A stretch of DNA of 64,000 nucleotides from Bacillota bacterium (GTDB taxonomy: Bacteria; Bacillota; UBA4882; JBLNCG01): contig JBLNCG010000028.1 of NCBI GenBank assembly GCA_050260475.1, positions 64,283-128,282 on the forward strand, given 5' to 3'. The position numbers and the translations under genes were made by a program. Below, piece by piece: positions 61,196 to 64,000 of the stretch (position 1 is the stretch's first letter; every line of letters starts with the position of its first letter). Below the pieces are notes generated by a model. The model was given only the letters and a program-made list of their open reading frames with translations. It had not been told where the DNA came from and ran no database searches.

Positions 61196-62121
61196 ACGGA
61201 CTACTGCTGGTCGACAAACCGGAAGGCATTACTTCCCATAATGCAGTCGCGGTAATACGGGAAATATGTAAAATCAAAAAGGCAGGTCATTCGGGAACGC
61301 TTGATCCGTTTGCCAGCGGGCTGCTAGTCGTATGCCTGGAGGAAGCCACCAGGATCGTCTCTTACCTCCCTGAAGATAAAAAAACTTATTTGGCCGGTGT
61401 AAGTCTGGGGGTGGAGACAGATACTCTGGATTATACAGGGCATGCAATTTCTTCTAATCATATATTTCAAATATCCCATACAAGGCTGCAGGAGACTGTC
61501 GCTTATCTTAAAAATCAAATAGAACAAATTCCCCCACAGTTCTCTGCGATTAAATTGCGCGGGGAGCCATTGTATAAGAGGGCCCGCAGGGGTGAATATA
61601 CGGTTCTCCATGCGCGGCCCGTCAAATTTTACGAGATCAAACAAATATCCTCTCCGCAAGCTTCCTATAGTTACAAAGATCTTCTTATATTCAGCATTAC
61701 TTGCTCGAAAGGCGCATATATACGAAGTCTGGCCCGGGATTTGGGGCGGGAATTAGGATGCGGCTGCCATCTTTACATGCTGCGGAGATTATCCTCGGGG
61801 CCCTTTTCCCTCACATCCGCTTATTCCTTACAGCAAATTAAAATGGCTTGCGCCCGTAATGAATTGGATAAATTGGTTATCGGCATGGCGGATGCATTGC
61901 CGCATATGCCCAAATTGGTTGTAGATCCTTCGGCGGAAAGGCTGCTATTTAACGGCCGTATGATACACCATCCCCATATGGGAGATGAAAACGGCTCTGT
62001 TCTGGCCCTTAATGAAAAGGGCAACTTGGTTGCAATCTTAAATCCCGACGGCCCGTATTTCCGGCCGGTGAAGGTTTTTCATCATTCATGCGCGCAACGC
62101 CAGCCAATGGAAAACCAATGA
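61192..62121 (+). CDS. truB: tRNA pseudouridine(55) synthase TruB
   Basis: GLLLVDKPEGITSH...GHSGTLDP catalytic Asp motif. Confidence 0.9.
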   Translation: MNGLLLVDKPEGITSHNAVAVIREICKIKKAGHSGTLDPFASGLLVVCLEEATRIVSYLPEDKKTYLAGVSLGVETDTLDYTGHAISSNHIFQISHTRLQETVAYLKNQIEQIPPQFSAIKLRGEPLYKRARRGEYTVLHARPVKFYEIKQISSPQASYSYKDLLIFSITCSKGAYIRSLARDLGRELGCGCHLYMLRRLSSGPFSLTSAYSLQQIKMACARNELDKLVIGMADALPHMPKLVVDPSAERLLFNGRMIHHPHMGDENGSVLALNEKGNLVAILNPDGPYFRPVKVFHHSCAQRQPMENQ

Positions 62122-62153
62122 CTTTCGGACCAGGTGTGGAGAGGAAGATTTTT

Positions 62154-63101
62154 TTGAGCTTTTGTATGGACATCGTTGCCGTACCCTGCGGATTATGTAA
62201 AAATACGGTCCTGACTTTAGGCGTTTTTGACGGAATGCACCGCGGGCACCAAAAAATAGTTTCCAAGGTTATAAAAACAGCTAAAACCATGAACTATTTT
62301 TCTGCCGTACTTACTTTTCTCAATCATCCGCAAAATACTCTGTCCAATATTGCTCCGCGATTCATTATCACGCCGGAAGAAAAAATCCGTTTTATTGAGG
62401 AATGCTACAAGCCTGATTTTATTATTACGATTACCTTTGATCGGACCTGGGCGGAAATGCCCCCCGAGGTTTTTTTAAAAGAAATTCTCATCGCCAAATT
62501 ACGGCTTAAAGTCTTTGTCATAGGGCATGATTTTCATTTTGGGAAAAATGCAGAAGGAGACGAAGACTTACTATCTAAATATGCCGCCTTATATCATTAT
62601 AAAATTGCTCCTGTTTCGCCTGTTAAATATAAAGGTGAAGTTATAAGCAGTACGGTTATCAGGCATTTGATAATAAGCGGGGATTTTAAAAAAGCAGGGC
62701 GGTTACTTGGTCGTCCGTATCAGATTTCCGGATCGGTGGTGGCCGGAAGACAACTGGCGCGTAAATTAGGTTTTCCCACGATGAATATGAAACTTGCGAA
62801 TAATATCCTTCTTCCGGATTTCGGAGTATACCTGATCCGGGAAAAAAATTACGGTTTCGGAGCCGCCAATCTCGGGGTCAAACCGACCGTGGGTGAACAG
62901 GAACCTGCCCTGGAGGCGCATTTTTTTGTACCGCCGCAACATATTGAAGATAATCTGCAGATAGAGTTCTTGGAATATATCCGCCCGGAGATCAAATTTT
63001 CATCCCTTGAAGATATGAAAATGCAAGTTCAAAAAGATCTGGCGGTTGCCTGGGAGTTGCGGAAAAAATATTTACATATCGGCGGGGTTATGCTAAAATA
63101 A
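62154..63101 (+). CDS. ribF: bifunctional riboflavin kinase / FAD synthetase
   Basis: LTLGVFDGMHRGHQ nucleotidyltransferase motif and the C-terminal riboflavin kinase PTMN...E motif. TTG 62154 after GGAGAGGAAG. The ORF is open from 62088 and overlaps truB. Confidence 0.75.
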   Translation: MSFCMDIVAVPCGLCKNTVLTLGVFDGMHRGHQKIVSKVIKTAKTMNYFSAVLTFLNHPQNTLSNIAPRFIITPEEKIRFIEECYKPDFIITITFDRTWAEMPPEVFLKEILIAKLRLKVFVIGHDFHFGKNAEGDEDLLSKYAALYHYKIAPVSPVKYKGEVISSTVIRHLIISGDFKKAGRLLGRPYQISGSVVAGRQLARKLGFPTMNMKLANNILLPDFGVYLIREKNYGFGAANLGVKPTVGEQEPALEAHFFVPPQHIEDNLQIEFLEYIRPEIKFSSLEDMKMQVQKDLAVAWELRKKYLHIGGVMLK

Positions 63102-63203
63102 ACAAGTGAAGTTGCGCATCACAATTACCTTAAGCTCGGTTTCACGTTCCTCCGGCGAAGACTGGGCCTAGGGCATATTATCGAATTAGGGAGGTGATCC
63201 TGC

Positions 63204-63473
63204 ATGGCCCTGATAACTCAAAGAAAACAGGAGATTATTTCCGCGTATCGCTTGCATGAGCATGATACCGGTTCTCCGGAGGTTCAGATTGCTATTCTCA
63301 CCACACGGATCAATGAATTGACCGAGCACCTTAAGCTGCATAAAAAAGACCATCATTCGCGGCGCGGTTTATTAAAAATGGTAGGACAGAGACGCAGCAT
63401 GTTGAATTATCTTCAGAAAAAAGATATCAGCAGATATCGCGCAATTTTGGAACGGCTGGGAATTCGCAAGTAA
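63204..63473 (+). CDS. rpsO: 30S ribosomal protein S15
   Basis: Canonical S15 ([43 protein letters not shown]). Confidence 0.95.
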   Translation: MALITQRKQEIISAYRLHEHDTGSPEVQIAILTTRINELTEHLKLHKKDHHSRRGLLKMVGQRRSMLNYLQKKDISRYRAILERLGIRK

Positions 63474-63483
63474 TAAAAAAAAT

Positions 63484-63510
63484 AAAGCGGAGATTCCGCT
63501 TTTATTTTTA
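63484..63510 (+). terminator. rho-independent terminator after rpsO
   Basis: AAAGCGGA-gatt-TCCGCTTT followed by TATTTTTA. Confidence 0.8.
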
Positions 63511-63630
63511 TACGGGAATCTCATAACCTTTTTCGGTTATACGATATGCCCAACCCGGATAAGGCTATTGATGACACATAGATCCGAAAAAAAACGAATG
63601 TTAAAATTTCTTCGCAGATGATTGGAGGCA

Positions 63631-64000
63631 ATGTCTTTGTATAAAAAACAGATTTTACTGGGGAATCGCAACCTGGAAATCGAAATCGGCAAGGTGGCCA
63701 AACAGGCTGGCGGCTCAGTCCTGATACGGTATGGTGATACCGTAATACTTGTCACAGCAACCATGTCCGACACACCCAGAGAAGGTATTGACTTTTTTCC
63801 GCTGCTTGTAGATTACGAAGAGCGTCTTTATTCAGTCGGCAAGATACCCGGGGGATGGATAAAAAGAGAAGGAAAACCGCCGGAAAGCGCGATTCTGGCG
63901 GGAAGGGCCATAGACAGATCCATCAGGCCGTTGTTTCCTGAAGGATTCCGGCATGACGTTCAAGTAGTGATAACTGTGCTTTCTGTCGATAACGATAATC
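63631..64000 (+). CDS. pnp: polyribonucleotide nucleotidyltransferase (PNPase), N-terminal part (3' end outside window)
   Basis: The ORF is open to the window end. RNase PH domain 1 sequence ([16 protein letters not shown]...[29 protein letters not shown]). Start is ATG 63631 or TTG 63637 after GGAGG. Confidence 0.85.
   Translation, partial: MSLYKKQILLGNRNLEIEIGKVAKQAGGSVLIRYGDTVILVTATMSDTPREGIDFFPLLVDYEERLYSVGKIPGGWIKREGKPPESAILAGRAIDRSIRPLFPEGFRHDVQVVITVLSVDNDN

Overview
Core-genome region of a Firmicute with ~50% GC, read from the sequence alone. Gene order follows the conserved Bacillus/Clostridia blocks. These are smc-ftsY-[insert]-ylxM-ffh-rpsP-ylqC-rimM-trmD-rplS-lepB-rbgA-[insert]-rnhB; ruvCAB; recO; pyrR-pyrB-pyrC-carA-[insert]-carB-pyrK-pyrD-pyrF-pyrE-purE; yicC-mIHF-remA-gmk-rpoZ-coaBC-ddl-priA-def-fmt-rsmB; and rimP-nusA-ylxR-infB-rbfA-nrnA-truB-ribF-rpsO-pnp. 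Several features suggest a diderm (Negativicutes-like) Firmicute: a cobalamin-riboswitch-controlled TonB-dependent receptor with tonB-exbB-exbD inserted between ftsY and ylxM, a secreted PQQ beta-propeller protein, and an RpoE/RseA/DegP-like ECF sigma, anti-sigma and HtrA module. One tRNA-Arg(CCG), two PyrR attenuators, one cobalamin riboswitch and several intrinsic terminators and sigma-A-type promoters are visible. The most unusual signal is non-coding: three unrelated families of short intergenic elements bounded by terminal inverted repeats. Family A is about 115-120 bp in 5 copies. Family B is about 160-210 bp in 2 copies and carries a perfect 24-bp palindrome. Family C is about 45-100 bp in 3 copies. 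They sit in promoter and leader regions or between convergent genes, twice abutting each other. No transposase, integrase, CRISPR array or phage gene is present in the window. These elements therefore look like non-autonomous MITE/REP-like repeats or a family of structured small RNAs that, as far as I can tell, is not a standard named element. Other anomalies are a PNP/MTAN-family nucleosidase embedded in the pyr operon between carA and carB, an orphan purE appended to it, a galE-GH10 xylanase overlapping pair next to recO, ddl inside the coaBC-priA block, a PaaK-like adenylating enzyme next to the tRNA, and a Gln/Arg low-complexity tract in IF2.
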